A stretch of 64,000 nucleotides of DNA from Salisapilia sapeloensis CBS 127946 (GCA_023334545.1 JAADVB010000043.1:33878-97877); one strand, 5' to 3'. Shown: positions 21,704 through 33,091, counted from the first letter of the stretch. The notes: generated by a model not told the origin, from the letters alone. Numbers and translations: made by a program.

Positions 21704-24700
21704 ATGGTCGATGAAACGGGAGACGAGGAGGAGGTAATAGCATCTCCTCCTCGAGGACCAGCCAAACTGTCAAGCAAGTCAACAGCATCTTCTGGTTGTG
21801 GTGTGCTCTTTGCTCTATTACGGAAAAACTGGATTGTGAAAAAGCGCCATCCATACGCCACGCTCCTTGAGCTCACTGCACCTTTAATATGCATCCTATT
21901 GTTCTCAATCCTCAAAACTGTGAACAATCCAACCCACGTCCCGACCGGGTGGTCAAATACGCTTTCAGCCGATAGCAACTCAGTAGATGGTACGAGCTGG
22001 CCATTGAATCTACAAACGTCCATGAAGGAAATGGTTGACAATAAATTAAACACATTCGGGATCGTCGCTGATGAGCGGCCGAATTATTCCATGATAAATC
22101 CTAGTGACAACACCGCGTCGGGCATCGGCTCTCTCTCGGAAATTGCAAAGTCTCCGTATGCAATGATGTCCTTCCTATCAAGCTTAGAGATTCCGAATTT
22201 CTATTTTACAGAACCAACAATGACCGGATTGATGCTCAACATGGCACTCTCATCCGTGAAAGAAGCACAAAACTTAAATGGTATTAGCAATGAAGATTTA
22301 GTCATGTGCTTCGTGCAAACTGTGCTTTTCGGGCATACGCGCGTTCCATCTCAAGACGATGGCATTGGCAGAAACGATGATGTACCCAAGGAATGCCATG
22401 ATCGTGTCATACCGTACAAGATCGGTATCGCACCAGATACGCCGTACACTCGAAACTACTTTTCGAAGTTACTGGAAATGTGGTATCCCAGCATCCCATT
22501 GCTGCCTCTTGTATATGGTATTTCTCCTCTTTCCTCACCCTCTTTCGAGACCTCTCGCATCTTCTTTGCAAATGAAAGTGCGTTGGAAGACTACGTTACC
22601 AGTACAAGCTATGGGGAAGACATTTATCATCCACGACTCTATGCAGCACTCGTCTTTAATGACTTTCCAGACGGCACATCAGCTCCGATTGGGGACATCC
22701 AAGGACACCCGATATCGTATTCCATTCGTATGAACTCTTCATCAGAGGATGGTAGTGGTATGTACAAGGTACCTCGTACCCTAGATGTCATTTCGTTTGG
22801 TGAAAATCCGCTCCGTCGTTCGTTAAAACCAGGCCGACTTAGGAGCTACAGCATTACTGGATTCATGACGCTGCAGACAGCAGTTAGTCGATTTCTGAAC
22901 TGTATGCCAGATTGGGACCCCGCTACACAGTCAACGACTGGTTCTTGCCAAATATCAGAATCGACTTCCACTTCAGGTGCTACATTGGAGAATGGACAAG
23001 ACTTGGATACTAGACTTTTACAGCAGATCGAAAACGATACAGTGGTCCAGAGCGTTATTGGTGCAATGACTTCTTTGCAAAAGTTTATGAAGGTAGCAAA
23101 GGCTGCTGGTGTAATTGAAGACATTCCTGGGATGAAAATTTCATTCGTGGAGGCATCATTGGATATGAATCTCTCGATTGCTGACATGCCAGCACAATCC
23201 AAAGATCAACTACTTCAGTCATTTCGTCAAGCACCTCAGCCATACCATGGCGCTGGTATATTTGTAAGCCCTGTTGAAGCTTATGACGATGTTGCATTCT
23301 TTGGTCATCTTCTTACAGTCTTCCCACTTGGCTTTCTCGTATCCTACCTGTACGCATTAGCACGCATGATCGATGCATTTGTCTCGGAGAAGGAAACGCA
23401 TTCAAAGGACTTGCAGCGTATTATTGGAGCTCCAAATGCATATATCACATTCTCCTGGTTGATAACTTATACACCAATCATCCTGGCGGCATCACTTGTC
23501 CAAACCATGTTTTCGAAGCTACTTCTATTCACAAATTCGGACTTTGGACTCTTACTTGCCTTCCACGCGTCTTTCTACAGTTGCACTTGTGCGTTCTCGT
23601 ACTTCATCAGTGCTCTCTTCGAGCGCACGCGGACGGCGACAGTAGTAGGCTTGGCAGTGTACGTAATAACCTTTTTCATCTCCTTCTTTTATCAAGAAAC
23701 GACGGGGGAGATGATACGGACAGTATCTTGTGTCTTCCCTCCAATGTCACTCTTCCAGGCTGAGCTGATTCTCGCGTTATCGGAAGAAGTAAGCATGGGA
23801 ATGACGATACAGACAATGTCGAGCAAAGTATATAACTTCCGCTTTAGTTCGTCCATCTACATGCAAGTCTTCGACACTATCTTTTACTTCCTTCTAGCCA
23901 TCCTGGTAGATCACATCATGCATCATCGCACTGGGATTACCAGACATCTTCGACACATGTTGCTAGGAGCGAACCTAGAGACACGTCTAGCCAAATTTCA
24001 ATCTGCTACAATTCACACCAAGCAGGACAGCAAATTACAAAATGAAGAATTGGAAGCTGTACAACATACCAGCGTTAATTTGAGTCCTAATAATGAAACT
24101 CCTTTCATTGAGCCCTTGGATGCCAGTGACTTTAAGCAGCAGGAAGAGGACGGTCGAGCAGTTACGATATCCAACCTTCGGAAAGAATTTTCAGTTCCAG
24201 GTGGAAAGAAGGTCGCTGTGCAAGGATTGTGGTTGAATCTGTATGAAGGTCAGATCACGTGTCTACTAGGCCATAATGGTGCTGGGAAGACGACACTTTT
24301 GTCGATGCTGACAGGCGTGACTACACCGACCAGTGGAGACGCCAAAGTGAATGGCTATTCCGTCGCGAACGACATGGCAAATGTTCGTATATCCCTTGGC
24401 TACTGTCCTCAGCACAGTGTTCTGTATGGCGAACTGACAGTTGAAGAGCATTTGACGTTTTATGCTCGCATTAAAAAGATCCCGGAGGAGAACAACGTAG
24501 CAAAGGAGGCTATCGAAACGAAAATGAAGGAAGTAGGTTTGATGGAAAAGCGCAATGTAGCTGCGTCTGCGCTGTCTGGAGGCATGCAAAGACGTTTGTC
24601 ACTTGCCATTGCACTACTCGGCGATAGTCGAGTCGTAATATTGGATGAGCCGACGTCAGGCATGGATCCGTACACAAGGCGCTCGATTTGGCCAATGATC

Positions 24701-27700
24701 CGATCAAGCCGCCGTGGTAGAGTCATCATTTTAACGACGCACTTTATGGATGAAGCTGAAGTTCTAGGTGACCGCATTGCTATTCTAGCAGAAGGTGAAC
24801 TCAAGTGTGCAGGATCTGTATTCTTTCTGAAAAAGTGTTTCGATGCTGGTTACCGTCTTTCGTTCGTCCAAAGCAGCGAATCAGTCGGATCAAATGCCGA
24901 CATGCTACGGGATCTTGTCCTGACTCACGTCGAAGGATCCAAGCTCATGACTTGTGTTGGCACTGAAGTTTCTTTCCATTTGCCATTCGACGCCACTCAT
25001 TCATTTGCTCATTTGTTTCAAGAAATTGAAAAGCGACAAACGGAGTTAGGCATCCTGTCGTTTGCCATCTCGGTCACGACGCTAGAAGAGATCTTTGTGA
25101 AAGTTGCGAGCGGTAATGCAAGTGTTGACGGAATGGCAGAAGAGTGGGATGAAAAAGAGAAGATCAATTCAGATGATGGACCACGTGATGGCTTGGATAT
25201 GTCTTCTCCCGACACTACACTTAAAAATGACCGTCACATGCCGAGTATAAAACTATGCAGGTTTACTACTCAACTACACGCTTTGATCCTCAAACGGATT
25301 CGATACGCACGAAGAGATTTGAGAATGTTTCTATTTGGCATGTTCCTACCAACTATTGTTATGGTAGTTGGTGTCTGTGCGCTCAATATGAACATTTTGA
25401 CCAAGAACGATGTCAAACTACCGATGGCGATTGGAGACCAGTTTCAATTGGAGGCTCGTGAGTCTATTCCTTTTGCTTGTACTGGTAACAGTGGCATGGA
25501 TGGCTGGTGTGAAAGTCTATTCGAACCGGCCTACTTTCATGGTGGCGATCCAGAGAGAGTGGAGATGCCATCAAAGGTATATAGCGGGTATAAAGACCCT
25601 TCTGTCTTTGGAGTAAACATCATGGACTATTCTATGCCGATAAACGATACGCTGGGGTATTGTGTTCGCTTTGGTGAGCTGTTTTTAGATCGAAGCCTCG
25701 GCATCGAGCCGTCTGAAGACGATGTTGCTGCGAAGTATGGACAACAAGCGGGGTTCTTGGTCTATGGATCTGCGAACGAACGCATTTTATCGTATAACAT
25801 GATCGTAAACACATCAGAGGATCATACAGCACCTTCTTACAAGGCAGTGATGGATCAGTCCATTCACCGGTTCTTACTTTCCCGAGCTTCCCCGACGAAT
25901 GCTATTCAGAGTAACGTGACGGTGAAAGTTGCGAGCTATCCATTCCCACTGACATTTAAAGCCCGGAGCGCTTTTAACTCTATTGTCATTCTACCCATGG
26001 TCCTTCTAACCGTTACATCCTTCACGCTAGTCACTGGTGCGCTGATGCCTTTCATAGTCAAGGAAAAGTATCATGAGCAGAATGCAAAGCATTTACAGCT
26101 ACTATCTGGAATGCATTTGACAGCCTATTGGTTAGCAAATTGGGTCGTGGACTTTGTCATCTACCTCTTCCCCATGGCAGCTGCGCTCATTACGCTGCGC
26201 GTATCTAACATCACAAAGAGCATGATGACACCTCGTCTTGATGAAGACGTGTGCAGTGGATGCACCGAAAACGTCCCGTCAGCAGTGATGGTGCTCATGC
26301 TATTGTTTGGTGCAGCCGTCGTCCCATGGACGTACGTTCTCTCTCAGTATATGAAAGATCCTGGACCTACGTTCATCTATACTTCCATTGTCGCCGTCCT
26401 CGCCAGTATCCTTCCACTAAGCGTAGCATTCGTCATGGGTTTATTCGATTCCACCAAAGCTATTGGCGATGTGTTGGTCATGGTATATCGTTTATCCCCT
26501 CTTTTTGCATTCGGCAATGGACTGATCAATCTCGTCTTGGCGGATATCACGGCGATATTCGGAATAACCTTTACGACTAAGAATGCTTTCTCTCTTGAGA
26601 TTGCAGGTACGGATATGCTTTATCTTGGACTGGAAGCGCCGATCTACTTTGCAATGACAATCTACATGGACAAAGTAAATCTGAAAGAAATTCCGTCAAT
26701 TCAAGAATGGATTCTTTCGTTCATCAGGTTACCATTGAAACCAACAGAGGTCATGAAAGCGAGTGCTCTCACCAGCTTGGAAAAAAGTGAATTGCCGGAT
26801 GATTTAGATGTGGCAATCGAGGCGAATCGAGTATATCAGTCGAGTGCTCAGATTGTCATTGGCAATGGCGAGACGAAGGATGACATTGTCCAGTTTCAAA
26901 GCTTACGGAAGGTGTATCCGAGTGGAAAAGAGGCCGTGAAAGGACTATCATTCGGTCTTAAAAAAGGAGAGTGCTTTGGCTTCCTTGGTACTAACGGTGC
27001 TGGCAAGACGACAACAATGAAGATGCTAACGGGCGACTTACTTCCGACGTCTGGTACCGCGTTGCTTGCAGGTCGAGACATCATCTCTGAGCGTAGAAAA
27101 GTGAGGCAACAGATCGGTTACTGCCCACAGTTTGATGCCCACTTGGACTTGTTGACCGTGCTTGAGCACTTGCACTTGTACAGCAGTCTCAAAGGCTTAC
27201 GTGGTGACTTCCATCAGCAAGAAGTAGATCGCGTTCTTCATAAACTAGGTCTTCAATCCTTTGCAAACAAACTCGCAGGTAGCTTGAGTGGTGGCAACAA
27301 GCGCAAGCTGTCCGTGGCGATTGCCATGCTAGGTGAACCACCAATGCTATTTCTGGACGAACCATCGACCGGCGTGGATCCATTCTCCCGTCGATTCTTG
27401 TGGGACGTCATTTTGGACGTTTCGACAAGGTCAAAGCGCTCGACTGTCATGCTCACGACGCACTCAATGGAAGAATGCGAAGCTGTATGCGGTCGTGTGG
27501 GTATTATGACTGGCGGTCGATTGCGGTGCTTTGGAAGTATTCCCCATCTAAAACACCGATTTGGACGAGGTTTGCTCTTGGAGTGCAAATTCGATCTACC
27601 ATCGTCACGAGACATCTCAGCTCTGGTCGGTAAAGTCCAGTTGTTTATCAGCGAAGAGAGCTGGACACACGTGTCGTGTTTAACATTGTCTCATGTATGC

Positions 27701-28201
27701 CTCTTCTTGGGCAAAGAAGAGAGAGCAGCATGGATATTGGAGCCTGGTTTGCACCACGCAACAGGCTCTGTCGTTCGAGATCAGATGGAACGAAATGGAG
27801 ATGTACTTGACTTGGAGCAATTCTGCCGCTGGTGGCTCCTAGAAGACCGTATTGAAAACCTTTCCCAGTTTCTAAAAACCTGTCAAGGTGGTGTCCCGAC
27901 CGAGATCAAGTTACTCGATCGACAGTCTGACTTTTGTCGATGGCAAATGTCTCCGATGGATGGAGAAAGCACGGATGTGAAAGTGGATGAGGGTCGACCT
28001 GGAGACGGTAGCATCAGTCCGAAGCTCATAACGACAAGTGCGTGTCGGAAATTACAGATTTCCACCGTGTTTGAATCTCTGGATGCTGCCAAGGTGGATC
28101 TCGGATTGAAAGAATACTGCTTATCTCACACGACGTTGGAGCAGATTTTCCAGTCCTTGGCGAGTAGCATGGACAGTAGCACGCAAGACCAGACGGTATA
28201 A
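21704..28201 (+). CDS. ABCA: Full-size ABC transporter, subfamily A (TMD-NBD-TMD-NBD)
   Basis: Intronless 2165 aa. Walker A GHNGAGKTT and GTNGAGKTT, signatures LSGGMQRRL and LSGGNKRKL, Walker B ILDEP and FLDEP, GYCPQ Q-loops, large first extracellular domain. Confidence 0.95.
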   Translation: MVDETGDEEEVIASPPRGPAKLSSKSTASSGCGVLFALLRKNWIVKKRHPYATLLELTAPLICILLFSILKTVNNPTHVPTGWSNTLSADSNSVDGTSWPLNLQTSMKEMVDNKLNTFGIVADERPNYSMINPSDNTASGIGSLSEIAKSPYAMMSFLSSLEIPNFYFTEPTMTGLMLNMALSSVKEAQNLNGISNEDLVMCFVQTVLFGHTRVPSQDDGIGRNDDVPKECHDRVIPYKIGIAPDTPYTRNYFSKLLEMWYPSIPLLPLVYGISPLSSPSFETSRIFFANESALEDYVTSTSYGEDIYHPRLYAALVFNDFPDGTSAPIGDIQGHPISYSIRMNSSSEDGSGMYKVPRTLDVISFGENPLRRSLKPGRLRSYSITGFMTLQTAVSRFLNCMPDWDPATQSTTGSCQISESTSTSGATLENGQDLDTRLLQQIENDTVVQSVIGAMTSLQKFMKVAKAAGVIEDIPGMKISFVEASLDMNLSIADMPAQSKDQLLQSFRQAPQPYHGAGIFVSPVEAYDDVAFFGHLLTVFPLGFLVSYLYALARMIDAFVSEKETHSKDLQRIIGAPNAYITFSWLITYTPIILAASLVQTMFSKLLLFTNSDFGLLLAFHASFYSCTCAFSYFISALFERTRTATVVGLAVYVITFFISFFYQETTGEMIRTVSCVFPPMSLFQAELILALSEEVSMGMTIQTMSSKVYNFRFSSSIYMQVFDTIFYFLLAILVDHIMHHRTGITRHLRHMLLGANLETRLAKFQSATIHTKQDSKLQNEELEAVQHTSVNLSPNNETPFIEPLDASDFKQQEEDGRAVTISNLRKEFSVPGGKKVAVQGLWLNLYEGQITCLLGHNGAGKTTLLSMLTGVTTPTSGDAKVNGYSVANDMANVRISLGYCPQHSVLYGELTVEEHLTFYARIKKIPEENNVAKEAIETKMKEVGLMEKRNVAASALSGGMQRRLSLAIALLGDSRVVILDEPTSGMDPYTRRSIWPMIRSSRRGRVIILTTHFMDEAEVLGDRIAILAEGELKCAGSVFFLKKCFDAGYRLSFVQSSESVGSNADMLRDLVLTHVEGSKLMTCVGTEVSFHLPFDATHSFAHLFQEIEKRQTELGILSFAISVTTLEEIFVKVASGNASVDGMAEEWDEKEKINSDDGPRDGLDMSSPDTTLKNDRHMPSIKLCRFTTQLHALILKRIRYARRDLRMFLFGMFLPTIVMVVGVCALNMNILTKNDVKLPMAIGDQFQLEARESIPFACTGNSGMDGWCESLFEPAYFHGGDPERVEMPSKVYSGYKDPSVFGVNIMDYSMPINDTLGYCVRFGELFLDRSLGIEPSEDDVAAKYGQQAGFLVYGSANERILSYNMIVNTSEDHTAPSYKAVMDQSIHRFLLSRASPTNAIQSNVTVKVASYPFPLTFKARSAFNSIVILPMVLLTVTSFTLVTGALMPFIVKEKYHEQNAKHLQLLSGMHLTAYWLANWVVDFVIYLFPMAAALITLRVSNITKSMMTPRLDEDVCSGCTENVPSAVMVLMLLFGAAVVPWTYVLSQYMKDPGPTFIYTSIVAVLASILPLSVAFVMGLFDSTKAIGDVLVMVYRLSPLFAFGNGLINLVLADITAIFGITFTTKNAFSLEIAGTDMLYLGLEAPIYFAMTIYMDKVNLKEIPSIQEWILSFIRLPLKPTEVMKASALTSLEKSELPDDLDVAIEANRVYQSSAQIVIGNGETKDDIVQFQSLRKVYPSGKEAVKGLSFGLKKGECFGFLGTNGAGKTTTMKMLTGDLLPTSGTALLAGRDIISERRKVRQQIGYCPQFDAHLDLLTVLEHLHLYSSLKGLRGDFHQQEVDRVLHKLGLQSFANKLAGSLSGGNKRKLSVAIAMLGEPPMLFLDEPSTGVDPFSRRFLWDVILDVSTRSKRSTVMLTTHSMEECEAVCGRVGIMTGGRLRCFGSIPHLKHRFGRGLLLECKFDLPSSRDISALVGKVQLFISEESWTHVSCLTLSHVCLFLGKEERAAWILEPGLHHATGSVVRDQMERNGDVLDLEQFCRWWLLEDRIENLSQFLKTCQGGVPTEIKLLDRQSDFCRWQMSPMDGESTDVKVDEGRPGDGSISPKLITTSACRKLQISTVFESLDAAKVDLGLKEYCLSHTTLEQIFQSLASSMDSSTQDQTV

Positions 28202-28285
28202 CATTTACTTTTACAATAGCTTACAGATATGAAAGAGACGCATATCAATAGAATAGCACTTCTATTGCATTACGTTGTGCCACAG

Positions 28286-28945
28286 TTACTTGTAGACGCG
28301 TGTTTGCACATCGAATTGGATATCGATGACGTCTTGAATGCCTGCCGATAGTTTCGAGTTGGGGAACACTGGACCGACACCTGCTGGCGTCCCAGTGATG
28401 ATCACATCACCTTCCTCCAACGTCATAATCTTGCTCAGATAAGAGATCAAGAATGGGATCTTGTGCACCATATCACTTGTGTTGCCATTTTGACGCAATT
28501 CGTCATCGACTTTCAACCACAAGTTAAGGTTGTGTGGGTCCTCTATCTTGTCCTTGGAGATCATGTCGCTGATCGGAGTGAACGTGTCGTATCCCTTAGC
28601 ATGTGCCCACGGCAAACCACCTTGTTTCGCCTTCGCTTGGATATCTCGAGCCGTCATGTCGATTGCAAGCACATACCCAGCGACGAGATCCATACTATCC
28701 TTCTCACTCACATCCTTTGACGTTTCACTGATCACCACACCGAGCTCAACTTCATGATGCACTTCACCGATCCCAGGCGGTAGAAGTACACATCCATTAT
28801 TCTTGACATAGCTCGAGGTCGGCTTCAAAAAGAACACGGGGTCCTTCGGAGCAGCCTTTGCACCCATCTCCTTGGCGTGTGCCTCATAATTTTTGCCAAT
28901 AGCCAGCACCTTCTTGCCAACGTCAAGCAACTTGCTCCCGCTCAT
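28286..28945 (-). CDS. FAHD1: Fumarylacetoacetate hydrolase domain protein 1 (acylpyruvase/oxaloacetate decarboxylase-like)
   Basis: IGKNYEAHAKEMG, FFLKP, HHEVELGVVI, DMTARD, KGYDTF, GDVIITGTPAGVG. First ATG at 28945 (the ORF track uses a TTG at 29014). Confidence 0.9.
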   Translation of the reverse strand: MSGSKLLDVGKKVLAIGKNYEAHAKEMGAKAAPKDPVFFLKPTSSYVKNNGCVLLPPGIGEVHHEVELGVVISETSKDVSEKDSMDLVAGYVLAIDMTARDIQAKAKQGGLPWAHAKGYDTFTPISDMISKDKIEDPHNLNLWLKVDDELRQNGNTSDMVHKIPFLISYLSKIMTLEEGDVIITGTPAGVGPVFPNSKLSAGIQDVIDIQFDVQTRVYK

Positions 28946-29010
28946 CTTGTCGTCTCCCTGTCGTACGCCACTAGGACGCGTCTCTGTGTGTCCATCTGTC
29001 GAGGAATTAA

Positions 29011-29026
29011 CCAATCAATGACGTCG
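29011..29026 (+). promoter_or_regulatory. Candidate CCAAT box plus CRE-like TGACGT in the divergent FAHD1 / zinc-repeat gene promoter
   Basis: Sequence ccaatcaatgacgtcg lies in the roughly 200-bp head-to-head interval. CCAAT is a known eukaryotic, including oomycete, promoter element. Short motif, could be chance. Confidence 0.3.
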
Positions 29027-29147
29027 TGCTTGAAGTTCCTTATGACTTAACTTGAGTATGGAATCAATAACTTTTTTGTTACCTATCACCTGCCACTTTT
29101 CTCACGAGTGTTCTGGAGCTGATTCGACTACTTGCACTAGACGCACG

Positions 29148-30656
29148 ATGCCGCTCGGGGATAAATTAGGCAAGCCCTTTGGTCTTCTTAGTAAACTAGG
29201 GAAGAAGAACAAGGAGGACGAGACGTCCGATGCGAATCGACACTCGTCCAGCCATCATGCGAGCCGGTACTCGTCTCACGCCAGTTCAGCGTCCCGACAT
29301 CGGTCCCACGGGACGCAACAAGCCTACTATCCGTCGGTCACGTACGAAAGAATTACGCCTGGGTCGAATGACTCGCGTCCCCCTCCAGCACCAAAAGCGC
29401 CGTCCCCGGCGGAAGTAACGGTACGTTACGAGTCTCAGCAAGCGCAAGCTTTTCCGACCTCTTCCTTCCCTCATGCCAACGACAGTCATTCGAACCACTC
29501 TTCCCCGAACGTTTTCCCAAGTCCACAACAAGTATATTACGGGAATAATGCGTCGCCTATGGATCCCATGGCCCAGCAGAGTCAGTCCAAGTTGCCTCCC
29601 GTCGCCGAAACACCTCTGCGTCGTCATATGGACTCGCCGGACTACACCAACCTCCGTCGACGACAGGACGGACAGTTCCCTTCGCCATCCACAGACTCGT
29701 CCCACTCGTCGTTGCGATCACCCAACTTTCCTACCCCCAATGGCGCTGTCGATACTCGGAATAGCGGTCTCGAGAACCGGAATGGAGGTACGCCTGGCTA
29801 CCATTCCGACGGGTCGACGCCATTTTCCGTCGTAATGGAAGAATGGATGAGTCAGCTACGGACGCCGACACCAGATGTGACGCTGCTGCCGTCTCCCTTT
29901 GACTTTAACAAGGACACACCGACACCATTGGATCGAGCAGACGACATTCGACGCATCCAAGAAGCTCTGATGCCAACGCCAGAAGACCGGAATAGACAGC
30001 CGCCGCCGAATTTGAAGACACCGCCACCGAACGGACGCCCACTAGTCGATGACATCGCGTCCTTGTGTCACGACCTTCTCTCTCAGAACATTACGCAGCC
30101 GCAAGCGAATTACGGACGTAATTTTGCCGATATTAAGCGAGAACTAGCCCCTCCATCTCCATCCGTGAGTGATACCAGTAGCTCCAATATGTCCTTCCCT
30201 CGGTCTGGTAAAGGCAAGCGACGGAAGATGTGCACGGCTGAAGGCTGCACGAACCTGTCTCGATCGAGAGGACTTTGTAAAGCTCATGGCGGCGGAAGAA
30301 GATGCAGCGTTGACGGGTGCACGCGTGCAAGTCAAAGCGGGAGTTTGTGCATTACCCACGGTGGAGGCAAGCGCTGCACGGTGCCCGGATGCGAGAAAGC
30401 TGCGCAGTCACGAGGGATGTGCAAGGCGCATGGCGGTGGCGTCCGATGCCGCGTGGAAGGATGCACGAAGAGCTCTCAGGGCGACGGTTTCTGCCGTACG
30501 CACGGTGGTGGCCGTCGCTGTGGCCACCCGAGCGGGTGCACCAAGTGGGCGCAGCGCAATGGCATGTGCATGGCCCATAGTGAAGGCAAGTATGGGAATA
30601 GCTACCGTGGTCGCCTGCATCGGATGCAAGGGTCGGTAAAGCAAGAAGAGAGTTAA
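29148..30656 (+). CDS. Protein with Pro/Ser-rich disordered N-terminus and five C-x4-C..C-x2-H(GGG) zinc-finger repeats (WRKY19-like repeat family)
   Basis: Repeats CTAEGCTNLSRSRGLCKAHGGG through CGHPSGCTKWAQRNGMCMAH. First ATG at 29148. Confidence 0.85.
   Translation: MPLGDKLGKPFGLLSKLGKKNKEDETSDANRHSSSHHASRYSSHASSASRHRSHGTQQAYYPSVTYERITPGSNDSRPPPAPKAPSPAEVTVRYESQQAQAFPTSSFPHANDSHSNHSSPNVFPSPQQVYYGNNASPMDPMAQQSQSKLPPVAETPLRRHMDSPDYTNLRRRQDGQFPSPSTDSSHSSLRSPNFPTPNGAVDTRNSGLENRNGGTPGYHSDGSTPFSVVMEEWMSQLRTPTPDVTLLPSPFDFNKDTPTPLDRADDIRRIQEALMPTPEDRNRQPPPNLKTPPPNGRPLVDDIASLCHDLLSQNITQPQANYGRNFADIKRELAPPSPSVSDTSSSNMSFPRSGKGKRRKMCTAEGCTNLSRSRGLCKAHGGGRRCSVDGCTRASQSGSLCITHGGGKRCTVPGCEKAAQSRGMCKAHGGGVRCRVEGCTKSSQGDGFCRTHGGGRRCGHPSGCTKWAQRNGMCMAHSEGKYGNSYRGRLHRMQGSVKQEES
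30231..30578 (+). repeat. Five tandem ~24-codon Cys/His zinc-finger repeats (intragenic)
   Basis: Periodic C-x4-C-x9-C-x2-HGGG units in the translated ORF. Confidence 0.85.
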
Positions 30657-30858
30657 TGTAGTGGTAGTATATTTTTGTTGCATGCACAAATCGCTCGGTA
30701 GATGAATGTCTTGTCGGAAGGAAATGCGGAAATGGACCAAGTTCAATCGGATTGTCTTGGTATCGCCAAAGTGTTAGAAACAGAATATTTTTCTCTCCTT
30801 TTTCTAGTTTTTTAATTTCCAATAAACAGACACCATTTTCGGATTTTCGCCACCTCGA

Positions 30859-31506
30859 GTGCTTAAGGAAACTCGAGCTCGGTACTTGAGTGCTCTGGAC
30901 GACGTTTCTGCAATGGAGATTGCTTCAGATACGGAGTCGGACAGTTCGCCGAATAAACAGACTGTTAATGTGCTTGAACTCGTGGACACACCGACGATTC
31001 AAGTCCAGGAACTTGCGAAACAAGAGGAGTCTAAACCGTCCGTACTGGATGCTCGGCGGCGACCACAAATTCCCCGAAAGTTGTGCACGATAGAAGGCTG
31101 CACCAGCCAGTCTCGGTCACGAGGATTGTGCAAAACACACGGTGGTGGACGGAGATGCAAGTATGAAGGTTGTACGCGTGCCAGCCAAAGTGGAGACTTG
31201 TGCATTAGTCATGGAGGTGGGAAACGGTGCTCTGTGGACGGATGTGACAAAGCAGCTCAGTCCAGAGGTGTTTGCAAAGCTCATGGCGGAGGCTCCCGAT
31301 GTCGGGCGGACAATTGCAACAAGAGTGCCCAGGGCGATGGGTTATGCCGGCAGCATGGAGGCGGAAAGCGATGTGCTCACCCTAGTCAGTGCAAGAATTG
31401 GGCACAACGGAACGGCTTGTGCTTGACACACAACGATGCGAAATTGACGGAAAGGCAACGGCGGAGGATGGAGGAGGAGCAGACGACAGAGTCGACGATC
31501 GTTTGA
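30859..31506 (+). CDS. Second five-repeat zinc-finger protein, tandem paralogue of the upstream gene
   Basis: CTIEGCTSQSRSRGLCKTHGGG through CAHPSQCKNWAQRNGLCLTH, aligning repeat-for-repeat with the upstream gene. First ATG at 30913; true 5' end uncertain. Confidence 0.8.
   Translation: MLKETRARYLSALDDVSAMEIASDTESDSSPNKQTVNVLELVDTPTIQVQELAKQEESKPSVLDARRRPQIPRKLCTIEGCTSQSRSRGLCKTHGGGRRCKYEGCTRASQSGDLCISHGGGKRCSVDGCDKAAQSRGVCKAHGGGSRCRADNCNKSAQGDGLCRQHGGGKRCAHPSQCKNWAQRNGLCLTHNDAKLTERQRRRMEEEQTTESTIV
31084..31430 (+). repeat. Five tandem Cys/His zinc-finger repeats (intragenic)
   Basis: Same periodic unit as 30231-30578. Confidence 0.85.
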
Positions 31507-31654
31507 GCGGCAGAGCGGTGCCATGTTTTTATTCGTTTTCTTTACATCTCGGTCCATCTAGTGACAGTCGTGTCTATGAAATACAAGAGATGCTTGACAG
31601 GTTTCTTTGGTATATATATATATTCCAGCAGAGAATGATAAACGTAGCTAGCTT

Positions 31655-33091
31655 CTAGCTAAGGAGCCACGCAGACGGACGACGTAATTCTTGCTTTGGC
31701 TTGGCGGAAAGATTGTAACTATCCACGCGAGATCGTACGTGTTTGTAGGTCGGAGCAGACTCTTTCAATAGATGGACAGGACTAGCAGCTCTCGTGCCGA
31801 TCATGTCCAACGTTTCGAGATCGATGACAGAGTCGTGCCGTAAATAACCTACCATGTTCATAAGTACTTGGAGTCGTAAAGAAGAACTAGTTTTATTAGA
31901 TGTACCTCTAGGATATGGCATGCTTGTATCAGCTCCATTGTCATACTGCTGGCCTTCCACAAATGGAAAAGCGATGTGTTTTACACAGCATGGAAGTGGA
32001 TTCGTTCCCAACTTCATAGTGCTCCTACAAGACTTTTAGTACAGAGTTGACAAAAGCATACAAGAGTAGACATACACACGATTGTACGCATCAGTGATGA
32101 TAGTAGGACGCTGGAATTTTTCACGAGTCTTCATACGCGACGAGATGGTACCCATATTATTTTTGTGCTCTTGTTTCGTTTCCCTCTTCATTGCTCGAGA
32201 TGCACCTCCACCTCGAATCAGTTTTCGCATCGCAGCCATGGAAATCGATGGCCGAGCTCTAGCGATAGCTGAGCTCATTTTGACCATTTCGTCTTCGTCC
32301 ATTTCATCTTCAGATTTGACTTTTGACTTCTTTGTTTTCTTCCTCCTCTTCTTGCCTCTACCTTTGGAAGGTTGGTCATCAGCATCAACGGTAAACTTGA
32401 CTTGCTTCGACTCCACTTGCGCAACTGTAGCATCTTCGGGTCTTATGGATACAATAGTTGGCTCCGAGTAGCTTTCGTTCGCAAGTCCAAAGCGGTTGAG
32501 AGAATGAAGTAAGGTTTGAAGCTCGGAATCATCTCCAGCCATCGGAGGTGGACTTTCAGAATTTGATGTGGTGCCAGAAGCTACGGATTCACCTGACTTT
32601 TGCCGTTTAAGAATCGGTCGAAGAGGTGGAGAGATAGGTGGACTTGATATATCATCCGATGTAGTTGTGTCCAGTTGAAAGGAAACTTGGCGTTGACGAG
32701 GACGAGTGTCCATGTCCACCGAGTGATTTGCCATTGACGCCATTGGGCTCGAATTTGCGATATTCATTTGCTGATGATAGGCTGGAACCGGTACCCCAGC
32801 ACTAGCAGACGCTCGCCGTGTCGCCATAGTTGCAGGCAAGTCTATTGTCGGACAGAACGTGTATGAAGCTGACCTGGTGGGCACATAGGAAGGAGATGCT
32901 TTCATGGAATACGTCTGTGGAGGATAGTACATTGGCGCCACAGGTAACGGATAGTAGCTTGGTGCTACAGGCGCTGGTACCCCCATAGCGAAGTTTCCAT
33001 ACTGTGGCGCGCTCTGATATAGGCTACGGCGTCGCTCTTCACTCGCCATATCCGTGATATTGACGCTGCCGATGGTACCGCAATAGTCCAT
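31655..33091 (-). CDS. Hypothetical low-complexity protein (Pro/Tyr-rich N-terminus, basic cluster GRGKKRRKKTKK)
   Basis: ORF 33091-32076, 51-nt GTATGT..TAG intron (32075-32025), then exon 2 32024-31655 in frame. No domain recognised. Confidence 0.65.

Noticed and set aside
30169-30822. Overlapping 150-aa ORFs across the zinc-repeat region
   Set aside because: Alternate-frame products of GC-rich repeated codons.
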